A DNA stretch of 64,000 nt from an uncultured Thermodesulfobacteriota bacterium (GTDB taxonomy: Bacteria > Desulfobacterota > DSWW01 > CAZFWM01): positions 3,729 to 67,728 of the forward strand of contig CAZFWM010000003.1 of assembly GCA_964522545.1 (NCBI GenBank). Direction: 5' to 3'. How positions within the stretch are numbered: the stretch's first letter is position 1; each line of letters starts with the position of its first letter. Shown piece by piece: positions 25,556 to 35,303 of this stretch. The notes under the pieces were generated by a model. The model saw only the letters and a list, made by a program, of their open reading frames with translations. It was not told where the DNA came from and did not search any database. Made by a program: the position numbers and the translations under genes.

Positions 25556-26311
25556 ATGCTCACGATTCGAATAATTCCGTGTTTGGACGTGCGCGACGGG
25601 CGCGTGGTTAAGGGCGTGAAGTTCCAGGGGCTCCGCGATGCGGGCTCACCGCCCGAGCTGGCCGCCCGTTACGAGGACGAGGGCGCCGACGAGATCGTTC
25701 TCCTGGACGTCTCAGCCACGCCCGAGGAGAGGGGGACCCAGGTGGAGACGGTGGAGCAGGTGCGCCGGGCCATCTCCATACCCCTGACCGTGGGCGGCGG
25801 CGTGCGTAATGTGGGCAACGCCCAGTCCCTGCTCGAGGCGGGTGCGGACAAGGTCTCGGTGAACACGGCCGCCGTGGAGAACCCCGGGCTCCTGGCTGAG
25901 ATGGCGGGGCGCTTCGGAAGCCAATGCACGGTGCTGGCCCTGGACGCCGCTTCGACAAGCGATGGGGCCTGGGAGGTGGTGACCCTCTCCGGCAGGCGGC
26001 GCCCCGGGATCGATGCCGTGGCGTGGGCCCGATCGGCGGTGGAGCACGGGGCCGGCGACATCCTGCTCACCAGCTGGGATCGGGACGGCACACGTATCGG
26101 CTACGACCTCGACCTGATCCATGCCATATCGCAGGAGGTCAACGTGCCGGTGATTGCCTCCGGCGGTGCGGATCACCCGGATCACCTGATCGAGGCGGTG
26201 AAGGCGGGCGCCGAGGCGGTGCTGGCGGCGTCCATTTTCCATTACGAGGAGTGGACGATCCGGGAGGTGAAGCAGGCCCTTGCGGCCGTCGATCTGGAGG
26301 TGCGGCTATGA
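25556..26311 (+). CDS. hisF: Imidazole glycerol phosphate synthase, cyclase subunit
   Basis: RIIPCLDV.DGRVVKGV.F, TVGGG and ASGG. Confidence 0.95.
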   Translation: MLTIRIIPCLDVRDGRVVKGVKFQGLRDAGSPPELAARYEDEGADEIVLLDVSATPEERGTQVETVEQVRRAISIPLTVGGGVRNVGNAQSLLEAGADKVSVNTAAVENPGLLAEMAGRFGSQCTVLALDAASTSDGAWEVVTLSGRRRPGIDAVAWARSAVEHGAGDILLTSWDRDGTRIGYDLDLIHAISQEVNVPVIASGGADHPDHLIEAVKAGAEAVLAASIFHYEEWTIREVKQALAAVDLEVRL

Positions 26312-27567
26312 TTGTTCCATCCATCGATATCATGGACGGCCAGGCCGTTCAGCTCGTAGGCGGCAAGACCAAGGTCCTGGACGCGGGCGATCCGGTTCCC
26401 CTGGCCGAACGCTTTCGCCTGGCCGGCGAGATTGCGGTCATCGATCTGGACGCCTCGCTGGGAAGGGGCTCCAACGCCGATGTTATTCGGGAACTCGTGA
26501 AGATCGCGCCCTGCCGCGTGGGCGGCGGCATCCGCGATGAGGACGCCGCCAGGCGATGGCTGGACGACGGCGCCGCCAGGATCATCCTGGGCACCGCGGC
26601 CGAGCCGGACCTGCTGGCCAAACTGCCGGCGGAGCGTGTCATCGCAGCCCTGGACGCCATGCATGGCGAGGTGGTCGTGGAGGGGTGGCAGAAGGCCACC
26701 GGCCGCGGTGTCCTGGAGCGCATGGAAGAGCTTCGGGGCCTGGTCGGAGGTTTCCTTGTAACCTTCGTGGAGCTCGAGGGGCGCCTGGAGGGGACCGCGC
26801 TGGACAGGGTAGAGGAGCTGGTCAGGACGGCCGGAGGGGCCCGAGTAACAGTGGCCGGGGGCATTACGACCACAGAGGAAATCGCCCGCCTTGATCGGCT
26901 CGGCGCAGACGGACAGGTGGGCATGGCCATCTACACGGGGAAGCTCCACCTGGCGGACGCCCTGGCCGCCCCCTTCTCGAGCGACCGCCCTGACGGCCTC
27001 TGGCCCACCGTGGTGTCCGATGAGCTCGGCGCGGCCCTGGGCTTGGCGTACTCCAGCCCCGAGAGCCTGCGCGAGGCGGTGGACACGCGGCGCGGGGTCT
27101 ACTATTCCCGCTCCCGCGGCGAACTCTGGCGCAAGGGAGACACCTCGGGCGCCGTGCAGGAGCTGCTGCGGATCGATGCGGACTGCGACCGCGACGCCCT
27201 CCGGTTCACGGTGCGCCAGCGAGGGGCCGGCTTCTGCCACGAGGACACGTGGACCTGCTGGGGCGAGGGATTCGGCCTCGGCGGGCTCGAACGCCGGCTG
27301 GCGCAACGCCTGCAGCATGCGCCGTCGGGATCATACACAGCCCGCCTGCACGGCGATCCCAGGCTCCTGGAGGCAAAGCTCCTCGAGGAGGCGGGCGAGC
27401 TGGCCCGGGCGGCCGGGAAGGAGGAGGTCCGCTGGGAGGCGGCCGACCTGATCTACTTCACGCTGGTCGCCATGGCCCGGGCGGGTGTTTCCCTCTCCGA
27501 CGTCGAGGACGAGCTCGAGCGCCGGAGCCTGCGAGTGACGCGTTCGAGAGGGGACGCAAAGAAGTGA
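26308..27567 (+). CDS. hisA-hisIE: Trifunctional fusion: HisA-like ProFAR isomerase, PR-AMP cyclohydrolase (HisI) and PR-ATP pyrophosphatase (HisE)
   Basis: IVPSIDIMDGQAVQLVGG...VIDLD...GGGIR...AGGI (HisA-like barrel), then YYSRSRGELWRKGDTSG...DCDRDAL...FCH (HisI), then SYTARL..DP.LL..K..EEA.EL (HisE). ATGA overlap with the hisF stop. Confidence 0.85.
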   Translation: MIVPSIDIMDGQAVQLVGGKTKVLDAGDPVPLAERFRLAGEIAVIDLDASLGRGSNADVIRELVKIAPCRVGGGIRDEDAARRWLDDGAARIILGTAAEPDLLAKLPAERVIAALDAMHGEVVVEGWQKATGRGVLERMEELRGLVGGFLVTFVELEGRLEGTALDRVEELVRTAGGARVTVAGGITTTEEIARLDRLGADGQVGMAIYTGKLHLADALAAPFSSDRPDGLWPTVVSDELGAALGLAYSSPESLREAVDTRRGVYYSRSRGELWRKGDTSGAVQELLRIDADCDRDALRFTVRQRGAGFCHEDTWTCWGEGFGLGGLERRLAQRLQHAPSGSYTARLHGDPRLLEAKLLEEAGELARAAGKEEVRWEAADLIYFTLVAMARAGVSLSDVEDELERRSLRVTRSRGDAKK

Positions 27568-27581
27568 CGGAGGCGTTATAA

Positions 27582-27600
27582 GGGCGACTGCCAGTCGCCC
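27582..27600 (+). terminator. Hairpin after hisA-hisIE (GGGCGACT-gcc-AGTCGCCC), with no U-tract
   Basis: 8-bp stem 15 nt after the stop. The lack of a T-run makes terminator function uncertain. Confidence 0.3.
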
Positions 27601-27637
27601 CCCTGGATTGCATAGGAAACTGTATTTACTCCCAAAC

Positions 27638-27708
27638 CGTCATCCCCGCGAAAGCGGGGATCCATTAAGTGAGCACAATCATGGGTTCCCGCTTTCGCGG
27701 GAACGACG
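27638..27708. repeat. Twin inverted hairpin units (GTCATCCCCGCGAAAGCGGGGAT / GTTCCCGCTTTCGCGGGAACGAC)
   Basis: Each unit is itself a hairpin, and the two units are inverted copies. It lies between hisA-hisIE and hisD. Confidence 0.75.
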
Positions 27709-27765
27709 TTGAGGTGGCGGAGACTAGTTTCCTGGCGAAGCTGGGATAGGTACAAGGTATACAAA

Positions 27766-29058
27766 ATGAAGCTCCGACGATTAACACCCGACCAGGTACC
27801 GGCCCTGCGGCGCGATCCCGTGGACGAGGAGACCCTCGCCCAGGCGGCCCGGATCGTCGAGGACGTCCGGCAGTGCGGATATGACGCCGTGGTCGAACAC
27901 GCCTGCCGCCTCGGGGATCTGAATGCGGGCGACCGGACGATCTTTGGCGGTCACGAGATGAACGAGGCGCTCGATGCACTCCCTTCAACTGACCGCGAGC
28001 TCCTGGAGCGGACCGCCGGGCGGATCGAGCGGTTCGCCGAGGCTCAGCTCTCGTCCCTGCAGGCGGTGACCGTGGATGTGCCGGGCGGCCGGGCGGGCCA
28101 CACGATCGATCCGGTGGAGCGGGCGGGCTGCTATGCTCCGGGCGGGCGCTTCCCGCTGCCATCGTCGGTCCTCATGACCGCCCTCACGGCCCGCGTGGCC
28201 GGGGTCAAAAGCGTGTGGGTCGCCTCGCCCAGGCCCGCGCCCATCACCCTGGCGGCGGCCGCCGTGTCGGGGGCCGAGGCGCTTCTCGCGGTGGGCGGGG
28301 CCCAGGCCATTGCGGCCCTGGCCTACGGCGCGGGCCATGTGCCTGCGTGCGATGTGGTGGTCGGCCCGGGGAACCGCTGGGTGGTCGCGGCGAAGCAGCT
28401 CGTGGCCGGGAGGGTCGGCATCGATATGCTGGCCGGGCCGTCCGAGATCGTTGTGCTGGCCGATGCCACGGCCGATCCCGCGGTGGTGGCCGCCGACCTG
28501 CTGGCCCAGGCCGAACATGACGTGGACGCCCTCCCGATCCTGGTCTCCCCGGATGCGGGCCTGGTCGATCGCGTCGATGAAGAGCTGGCGGCCCAGATCG
28601 AGACGCTGCCCACGGAACCGACCGCCTCGGCCGCCCTGGAAAAGGGATTTGCCGTCATCGTGCGGGACATGGAGGAAGCGGTCAACCTCTGCGACCAACT
28701 GGCGCCTGAGCATCTACAGCTCTGCGTGGCCGGGGCCCGGAAGCTCGCACCCCGGCTACGCCACTACGGTGCTCTCTTTATCGGGGCCGGCTCGGCCGAG
28801 GTCCTCTGCGACTACGGCGCCGGTCCGAACCACGTGCTCCCCACGGGCGGAACGGCCCGGTCCATGGGCGGCCTCAGCGTGGCCACCTTTCTCCGGGTGC
28901 GCACGTGGCTGGAGATCGACGATCCCGATGCGGCCGCTACTCTCGCCGAAGACGCAGCGGCCTTCGCCCGCTTTGAAGGGCTCGAAGGCCATGCGCGATC
29001 GGCGGAAAAGAGGCTGTTGAAAAAAAGTCGACAGTCGAGAGTCAAGAGTCGAGAGTGA
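27766..29058 (+). CDS. hisD: Histidinol dehydrogenase
   Basis: GGRFPLPSSVLM, GPGN.WV, AGPSE, QAEHD and APEHL motifs. The last roughly 10 codons (SRQSRVKSRE) are encoded by a repeat arm. Confidence 0.92.
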   Translation: MKLRRLTPDQVPALRRDPVDEETLAQAARIVEDVRQCGYDAVVEHACRLGDLNAGDRTIFGGHEMNEALDALPSTDRELLERTAGRIERFAEAQLSSLQAVTVDVPGGRAGHTIDPVERAGCYAPGGRFPLPSSVLMTALTARVAGVKSVWVASPRPAPITLAAAAVSGAEALLAVGGAQAIAALAYGAGHVPACDVVVGPGNRWVVAAKQLVAGRVGIDMLAGPSEIVVLADATADPAVVAADLLAQAEHDVDALPILVSPDAGLVDRVDEELAAQIETLPTEPTASAALEKGFAVIVRDMEEAVNLCDQLAPEHLQLCVAGARKLAPRLRHYGALFIGAGSAEVLCDYGAGPNHVLPTGGTARSMGGLSVATFLRVRTWLEIDDPDAAATLAEDAAAFARFEGLEGHARSAEKRLLKKSRQSRVKSRE

Positions 29059-29098
29059 GAAGCAGGTGACTCTCGACTCTGAACTGTTGACTGTCGAC
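29027..29098. repeat. TCGAGAG-heptad palindrome overlapping the 3' end of hisD
   Basis: The left arm at 29027-29056 is coding (hisD stop at 29056-29058). The right arm at 29069-29098 is its mirror. Confidence 0.8.
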
Positions 29099-29184
29099 CA
29101 AGGACTCAACTTCGTATTTGATATGTCATATTTTGTTACATTGGCTACGGTTTTGCCATTTAAAGATAAAAAAGGGGACAGATC

Positions 29185-30318
29185 ATGAAAAAGAAGAGAA
29201 AACAACCGGTACGCGGCCTGGAAGGGGTCGTGGCCGCTGAAACATCTCTTAGTTACGTGGACGGACAGAACGGCAAGCTCTACTACCGAGGGTATGACAT
29301 CGACGAGCTGGCCGGCCGTGTCCATTATGAAGAAGTCGTCTACCTTCTCTGGTTCGGGGAGCTGCCGAACAAGGTACAGCTCGAAGAGTTTCGATCGGAG
29401 CTCGTCTCCGAGATGCGGCTTCCCAGCCAAGTTCTGGAGCTACTGCGTCTTTCGCCTCCCAACGCGAATCCCATGGTCGTTCTGCGCACGGCCGTTTCGG
29501 CCATGGGCGTGTTCGATCCGGACGGCGGGAAGAACTCCGAAGCCTCCAATCTGCGAAAAGCGAGAAGAATTCTCGCTCAGGTCGCCACCATCGTCGCGTA
29601 CCTTTACCGGATGCGGACCGACCAGGCTCCGATCTCCGCGGATGCCCGCATGACTGTTGCGGAGAATTTCCTTTATATGTTCACCGGGAAAAAGCCGAAT
29701 GAGCTCGAGAGAGAGGTCTTCGACAGCCTCCTGGTTCTGCACGCCGATCACGGACTCGCCGCCTCCACCTTCGCCTCCAGGGTCACGGTGAGCACGCTGG
29801 CCGGAATGCACTCGGCCATAAGTTCGGCCCTGGCCAGCCTGAAGGGCCCGCTTCACGGCGGCGCCAATCGAAAGGTCATGGAAATGCTCGAGGAGATCGG
29901 CGGCCCCCAGAGCGTCAATGCCTACATCGAGGGCATGCTCGACTCGGGCCAGCGGATCATGGGCTTCGGGCACAGGGTGTACAAGACCGAGGATCCGCGC
30001 AGCCATCACCTGCGAAAGTACTCGGAGCGGCTCTCCCGCAGGGCCGGAACAGCCCATCTCTTCGAGATCTCTCACAGCATCGAAAAACTCGTCCTGGAGC
30101 GAAAAGGGATCCGGCCGAATGTCGACTTCTACTCGGCCACGGTCCAGGAGGCCCTGAAGATTCCCAAGGAGTATTTTACTTGTATATTCGCCGTGAGTCG
30201 CACCGCCGGGTGGATAGCCCACGTGATGGAGCAGTTCATGGACAATCGGCTCATCAGGCCCACATCCGAGTATGTTGGAGGATTCGACCGCAGGTTCGAG
30301 CAGCTGGAAAAGCGTTGA
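29185..30318 (+). CDS. gltA: Citrate synthase (small type, about 375 aa; also compatible with 2-methylcitrate synthase)
   Basis: GLEGVVA.ET..S.VDG..G.L.YRGY, HADHG..AST and GFGHRVYK..DPR. Confidence 0.88.
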   Translation: MKKKRKQPVRGLEGVVAAETSLSYVDGQNGKLYYRGYDIDELAGRVHYEEVVYLLWFGELPNKVQLEEFRSELVSEMRLPSQVLELLRLSPPNANPMVVLRTAVSAMGVFDPDGGKNSEASNLRKARRILAQVATIVAYLYRMRTDQAPISADARMTVAENFLYMFTGKKPNELEREVFDSLLVLHADHGLAASTFASRVTVSTLAGMHSAISSALASLKGPLHGGANRKVMEMLEEIGGPQSVNAYIEGMLDSGQRIMGFGHRVYKTEDPRSHHLRKYSERLSRRAGTAHLFEISHSIEKLVLERKGIRPNVDFYSATVQEALKIPKEYFTCIFAVSRTAGWIAHVMEQFMDNRLIRPTSEYVGGFDRRFEQLEKR

Positions 30319-30403
30319 AGAAGTCGATTCAATTCTTTCGTAACATCAGTGCAAAGCGCGTAGATAATGGCAAAAGGTTATAACTACACAATTCGTAAAA
30401 AGA

Positions 30404-30501
30404 AACTACGAAATACCCGAAAAGCGCGAAAATGGCCAATCCAACAGTCATGCTTTTCTGTTCGCGTCCTTTCGCGATTTTCGTAGTTAAAATTTTTTTT
30501 T
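30404..30501. repeat. CGAAA-word palindrome plus a T9 run (terminator-like) after the citrate synthase gene
   Basis: AACTACGAAATACCCGAAAAGCGCGAAAA is mirrored by TTCGCGTCCTTTCGCGATTTTCGTAGTT, followed by aaaattttttttt. Confidence 0.7.
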
Positions 30502-30528
30502 ACGGCTAGGCCACTTTATGAGACGGTC

Positions 30529-32277
30529 ATGACAAAGACCCTGGTTGAGACAAAAAGCATTCGACTCGAGCTCCCTGAGGGCGGGCTACGGCTCGAGCTG
30601 GGGGGAGTGCTCAAGCAGGTCGACGTCGCCTATGAGGCCTACGGCACTCTCGCGCCCGACCGGTCGAATGTCGTCTACGTCTGTCACGCCCTGACCGGGG
30701 ACGCCCACGCCGCTTTCTACCACACCGAGGAAGATGCCCAGCCGGGGTGGTGGGATTCCCTGATCGGCCCCGGCAGGGCCCTGGACACCGACAAGTTCTA
30801 CGTCGTCTGCTCGAATATACTGGGCGGCTGCAAGGGCACCACCGGGCCCGGCTCCATCGACCCGGACACGGGCCACCCCTATGGAGTGACCTTTCCCCAC
30901 ATCACGATTCGGGACGCGGTGCGGGTCGAAAAGATGCTGCTCGAGCAGCTCGGCATTCCCGAAGTCTACGGCGTGATCGGCTCCTCCATGGGCGGCATGC
31001 GCGCCCTCGAGTGGAGCGTCCGGTACCCGGACTATGTTCGTCGCTGCATCTGCATCTCCGCCGCCGTCAGCCTGTCGCCCCAGGCCCTGGCCTTCGATAT
31101 CATCGGCCGCCAGGAGATCGAGTCGGACGGGCAGTGGCACGGCGGCGATTACTACGGCCGGCCGGAGAAGCCGGACAAGGGGCTCTCCCTTGCGCGTCAG
31201 CTCGGGCACATCACCTACCTCTCCTCGGAGCTGATGCTCCAGAAGTTCGGCCGCGAGATGCACGACAGGCAGCCCCCCGCGGACGGCGACATGTTCAGCA
31301 CCAACTTTCAGATCGAGTCGTATCTACGCTATCAGGGCTGGAAGTTCGTCGACCGGTTCGATGCGAACTCCTACCTCTACATCAGCCGGATGATGGACCT
31401 GTACGACCTGGAGGAGGAGTTCGGCGGCATGGAGCGGATCTTCGAGGGCGTTTCCGCCGATTTCCTGGTCGTGTCCGTGCGCTCGGACTGGCTGTTTCCA
31501 CCGTCCCAGCAGCTGGACATCGTGAAGGCCCTGCTCGCCAACCGCAAGAGGGTGAGCTATTTCCAGATCGACTCGACCTTCGGGCACGACGCGTTTCTAC
31601 TGGAGATCGACACCCTCACACAGGGCGTCCGGGCATTTCTCAACGGGAAGACGCCTCAGCGTTCATACGAGAGCAAGCCCCTGCCCGACCTGGATAGCAT
31701 CAGCAGGAAGATCGTCGAGAAGACTCATGTCTTGGACGTGGGCAGCGGGGACGGAAGCCTCATGCTGGCCCTGCAGAGCAGGAAAGGGATCACAGGCATC
31801 TGCCTGGACCTCAACTTCGAAAAAATCGTGGCCTGCATGGCCAAGGGCCTTCCGGTGCTTCAGATCGATGCCGATACGGGCCTCGGCATCATCCCGGAGA
31901 ACGCGTTTGACTGTATCCTTCTCAACCAGACGATCCAGCAGCTCCACAGCGCACTCCAGACCGTAAAGCAGATGCTGCGCATCGCCCAAAACTGCGTGAT
32001 CGGATTTCCCAACTTTGCATACTATGTTTACCGCTGGTCCCTGGGCATCCTGGGCAGGCTTCCGGTGTCGGAGACCCTCCCGTTCCAGTGGTACAACACA
32101 CCCAACATACACCTGGCCACGCTGAAAGACTTTCGTGAGCTCTGCAGGAAGAGCAACATCGATATCGAGACGATAGAGTATATCTCCGACAGTGCTCTCG
32201 GCAGGCTCTTTATCACCCTGGGCCTGCCCGACCTGGGCGCAGAGCGAGTGCTGACCAGGATTTCGGCTGCGGATTGA
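30529..32277 (+). CDS. metXW: Homoserine O-acetyltransferase (MetX) fused to a MetW domain
   Basis: N-terminal alpha/beta hydrolase (HALTGD, GSSMGGM, DWLFP, GHDAFL). C-terminal VLDVGSGDG...FPNFAYY..R......GR.P....LP..WYNTPNIH matches MetW. Confidence 0.85.
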   Translation: MTKTLVETKSIRLELPEGGLRLELGGVLKQVDVAYEAYGTLAPDRSNVVYVCHALTGDAHAAFYHTEEDAQPGWWDSLIGPGRALDTDKFYVVCSNILGGCKGTTGPGSIDPDTGHPYGVTFPHITIRDAVRVEKMLLEQLGIPEVYGVIGSSMGGMRALEWSVRYPDYVRRCICISAAVSLSPQALAFDIIGRQEIESDGQWHGGDYYGRPEKPDKGLSLARQLGHITYLSSELMLQKFGREMHDRQPPADGDMFSTNFQIESYLRYQGWKFVDRFDANSYLYISRMMDLYDLEEEFGGMERIFEGVSADFLVVSVRSDWLFPPSQQLDIVKALLANRKRVSYFQIDSTFGHDAFLLEIDTLTQGVRAFLNGKTPQRSYESKPLPDLDSISRKIVEKTHVLDVGSGDGSLMLALQSRKGITGICLDLNFEKIVACMAKGLPVLQIDADTGLGIIPENAFDCILLNQTIQQLHSALQTVKQMLRIAQNCVIGFPNFAYYVYRWSLGILGRLPVSETLPFQWYNTPNIHLATLKDFRELCRKSNIDIETIEYISDSALGRLFITLGLPDLGAERVLTRISAAD

Positions 32278-32280
32278 CTT

Positions 32281-32580
32281 GATTACATAGGAGATCCAAT
32301 TTGTTCCGTTAAAGGATTTTTTAACGCAGAGACGCAGAGGAGAAGGAAACCTATGGCCTATGATTTTTTTCTTTTAGGTCCTTCGCATCGCACAGGATAA
32401 ACTCCGTTGAGAAATCTTACAGAGGGACCAATCTGAACAGATAAGATTTTTTCCTGCGGTCGAAATGACAGAAAAAGTGGTCGAAATAATATGTCTGGCT
32501 ATTATGAAATCAACAAGTGTTAAGCGTATAGGTTTGAATCAATATTTTAATAATCCTCTGCGTCTCTGCGACTCTGCGTT
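32281..32580. repeat. Mosaic: family A left end, whose CGCAGAG-word arm pairs with an inverted partner, enclosing a family C' half-site
   Basis: AACGCAGAGACGCAGAGGA (32323-32341) pairs with TCCTCTGCGTCTCTGCGACTCTGCGTT (32554-32580). GATTTTTTCCTGCGGTCGAAATGACA sits at 32445-32470. Confidence 0.7.
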
Positions 32581-32655
32581 GAAAAAACAAGAGAGTAATA
32601 GACCATCTAAAGGACGACAAGTGATCTCTTTGTTTTCCGCAAGGAGGCTCGAAGA

Positions 32656-33486
32656 ATGAAGTGTGCGTATCAGGGAATCAAGGGCTCTTACAGCGAAGCG
32701 GCTGTTTTCAGCCAGTTTCGGAACGGCGTCGAGGCCGTCGGGTACGAGTGGTCCGAAAACATGTTCGACGCCGTGAAGAACAGGGAGGTCGACTGTGCCC
32801 TCGTTGCGGCGGAAAACTCGATTGCCGGGAGCGTGACCGAGAATTATGACCTCCTGCTGAAGGAGAAGGTGTCCGTGGTCGCTGAGGTGTTTTTTTGTAT
32901 CCGTCACACCCTCATGGTAAACAGGGGAAACAGGCTGGAGGCTATTCGGTCGGCCTACTCTCATCCCCACGCCCTGAAGCAGTGCCGGGAATTCCTCCGC
33001 ACCCACGGCATAAAGCCTGTCCCGGAATATGACACGGCCGGTGCCGCCAAGCTCGTCAAGTCGAGAAACAGGCCGGACGAGGCGGCCATTGCATCCGCAT
33101 TCTGTGCCGACATCTACGATCTGGAGGTCATCGAGGAGAATATCGAGTCCAACCTTACCAATATCACGAAATTTTTCCTGGTCGTGATGAAAGAAGACGT
33201 TCCTGAAGATATCCTGAAGGAAAAGACCTCTGTCGCCTTCAAGACCAAGCATCATCCCGGTGCGCTGGTCAATTGTCTGTTGCCCTTTTCGGACAACAAT
33301 GTCAACCTCACGAAGCTCGAGTCCAGGCCCGTACCCGAGGACCCGTGGGAGTATGTGTTTTATGCGGATTTCGAAGGCGGCACGGAAGACCGAAACGTGA
33401 TGATCGCACTCGGTGAGATGAAGGCGTCGTCCTCTTTCATAAAGGTGCTGGGAAGCTATCCGAAGGGGATTCAACCCGGAGAGTGA
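32656..33486 (+). CDS. pheA: Prephenate dehydratase (PDT plus ACT domains, no chorismate mutase domain)
   Basis: AYQGIKGSYSE, TKF, and the ESRP motif in the ACT domain. RBS AGGAGG. Confidence 0.9.
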   Translation: MKCAYQGIKGSYSEAAVFSQFRNGVEAVGYEWSENMFDAVKNREVDCALVAAENSIAGSVTENYDLLLKEKVSVVAEVFFCIRHTLMVNRGNRLEAIRSAYSHPHALKQCREFLRTHGIKPVPEYDTAGAAKLVKSRNRPDEAAIASAFCADIYDLEVIEENIESNLTNITKFFLVVMKEDVPEDILKEKTSVAFKTKHHPGALVNCLLPFSDNNVNLTKLESRPVPEDPWEYVFYADFEGGTEDRNVMIALGEMKASSSFIKVLGSYPKGIQPGE

Positions 33487-33489
33487 ACC

Positions 33490-35172
33490 ATGAAAAGCGA
33501 TGTGGCGAAAAAGGGCGTGCACAGGGCCCCGCACAGAAGCCTTCTGAAGGCCTCCGGCTTTACCGACGAGGAGATCAGAAGGCCCTGGGTGGGGATCGTC
33601 AATTCCGTCAACGAAATTGTACCCGGTCACGTGCATCTCGACAGGATTGCCAAGGCGGCAAAGGCCGGGGTCTATTCGGCCGGCGGCACGCCCATGGAGT
33701 TCGGCTGTATCGGCATCTGCGACGGGATCGCCATGAACCACGAGGGCATGAAGTACTCACTGGCCAGCCGCGAGGTGATTGCCGATTCCATTGAGCTCAT
33801 GGCGCGGGCCCACGGGTTCGACGCCCTCGTTCTGATCCCGAGCTGCGACAAGATCGTCCCGGGCATGCTCATGGCGGCCCTCAGGCTGGACCTGCCGGCC
33901 ATCGTCGTGAGCGGCGGCCCCATGCTGGCGGGCCGGCACGGCGGCGGGGATGTCGATCTCATTTCGGTGTACGAGGCCGTGGGAGGGGTCGAGGCCGGCA
34001 CGGTCTCGAAATCCGAGCTGGCGGAGCTGGAGGCAAGCGCCTGTCCGGGATGCGGGAGCTGCTCGGGGCTGTTCACGGCGAACTCGATGAACTGTCTGAC
34101 CGAGGCCATCGGCATGGCGCTCCCGGGAAACGGCACCGTGCCCGCCGTGTATGCGGAGAGGATACGGCTGGCCAAAAGGTCGGGTCGAAGGATCATGGAT
34201 CTCCTGAAAAAGGACATCAGGCCGAACACCATCATGACTTTCGAGGCCCTCCGGAACGCGTTGGCCGTGGACATGGCCATCGGCGGTTCGTCCAACACGA
34301 TCCTGCACCTCTTCGCAATCGCGGCCGAGGGCGGCATGTTTCCGGACCTCGATCTGGTAAACAGGATATCGGGGGAAACACCCAATCTCGTCAGGCTCAG
34401 CCCGGCCGGGCATCACCACATGCAGGACCTCCACGAGGCGGGAGGGATACCGGCGGTGATGGCCGAGCTTGCCGGGCGAAAGCTGGTCAATACCGATCTT
34501 CCCACGGTGGCGGGGAAAACAGTGGGGGCGGTGATAAAGAGAGCGAAGATCAGAAACAAGGATGTGATCAGGAGCTCTTCTGCGCCCTACATGGAAACAG
34601 GCGGCCTGGTTGTGCTCAAGGGGAACCTCGCTCCGGAAGGGGCCGTGGTAAAACAGTCGGCCGTCCCTGAGGACCTGCTCGTTCACGAAGGCCCTGCACG
34701 GTGTTTCGATTCGGAGGAGGCCGCCTTCGCCTACATCACGAGCGGGAAGGTCAGGGCCGGCGAGGTCCTGATCATCCGCTACGAGGGGCCGAAGGGTGGA
34801 CCCGGCATGAGGGAGATGCTCTCTCCCACGTCGGCCATCGCCGGCATGGGCCTCGCCGACAAGGTGGTGCTCATAACGGACGGTCGTTTCTCGGGCGGCA
34901 CGAGGGGGGCTTCCATTGGGCATGTTTCCCCGGAGGCACAGGAGGGGGGGGCGATTGCACTGGTCCGGAACAGGGACAGGATACGAATCGACATACCCGC
35001 AAAGAGGATCGATCTCAGGGTCGACAAAAAGACCCTCGCGGCAAGAAGAAAGGCCTTCAGACCCCGGGCGGCGAAGATCCGGACCGGCTATCTGGCGCGA
35101 TATGCGGGGATGGTCTCCTCGGCCAGCTCAGGGGCCATCGTTAGTGCCGTTCATCGTAAAAGTTACACTTGA
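33490..35172 (+). CDS. ilvD: Dihydroxy-acid dehydratase
   Basis: 560 aa. [14 protein letters not shown] and ITDGRFSG. Confidence 0.95.
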   Translation: MKSDVAKKGVHRAPHRSLLKASGFTDEEIRRPWVGIVNSVNEIVPGHVHLDRIAKAAKAGVYSAGGTPMEFGCIGICDGIAMNHEGMKYSLASREVIADSIELMARAHGFDALVLIPSCDKIVPGMLMAALRLDLPAIVVSGGPMLAGRHGGGDVDLISVYEAVGGVEAGTVSKSELAELEASACPGCGSCSGLFTANSMNCLTEAIGMALPGNGTVPAVYAERIRLAKRSGRRIMDLLKKDIRPNTIMTFEALRNALAVDMAIGGSSNTILHLFAIAAEGGMFPDLDLVNRISGETPNLVRLSPAGHHHMQDLHEAGGIPAVMAELAGRKLVNTDLPTVAGKTVGAVIKRAKIRNKDVIRSSSAPYMETGGLVVLKGNLAPEGAVVKQSAVPEDLLVHEGPARCFDSEEAAFAYITSGKVRAGEVLIIRYEGPKGGPGMREMLSPTSAIAGMGLADKVVLITDGRFSGGTRGASIGHVSPEAQEGGAIALVRNRDRIRIDIPAKRIDLRVDKKTLAARRKAFRPRAAKIRTGYLARYAGMVSSASSGAIVSAVHRKSYT

Positions 35173-35182
35173 TGCGTAGTTG

Positions 35183-35204
35183 TTGGTTCATTGTCATGAA
35201 CCAA
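35183..35204 (+). terminator. Hairpin after ilvD (TTGGTTCAT-tgtc-ATGAACCAA), with no U-tract
   Basis: 9-bp AT-rich stem 11 nt after the stop. Confidence 0.25.
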
Positions 35205-35225
35205 GTCGTTCAACAGTCAAGACAA

Positions 35226-35277
35226 TGGAGGGTCCGGTTCCACCCGGACCGTGGACGGCGTGGAAGCCGTCCCTCCA
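35226..35277. repeat. Twin-hairpin module E2
   Basis: Outer stem TGGAGGG/CCCTCCA encloses GGTCCGG-ttccac-CCGGACC and GGACGGC-gtggaa-GCCGTCC. It lies between ilvD and ilvB. Confidence 0.75.
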
Positions 35278-35303
35278 GATGACACAGTCGGGGAAAGGGT
35301 GGT

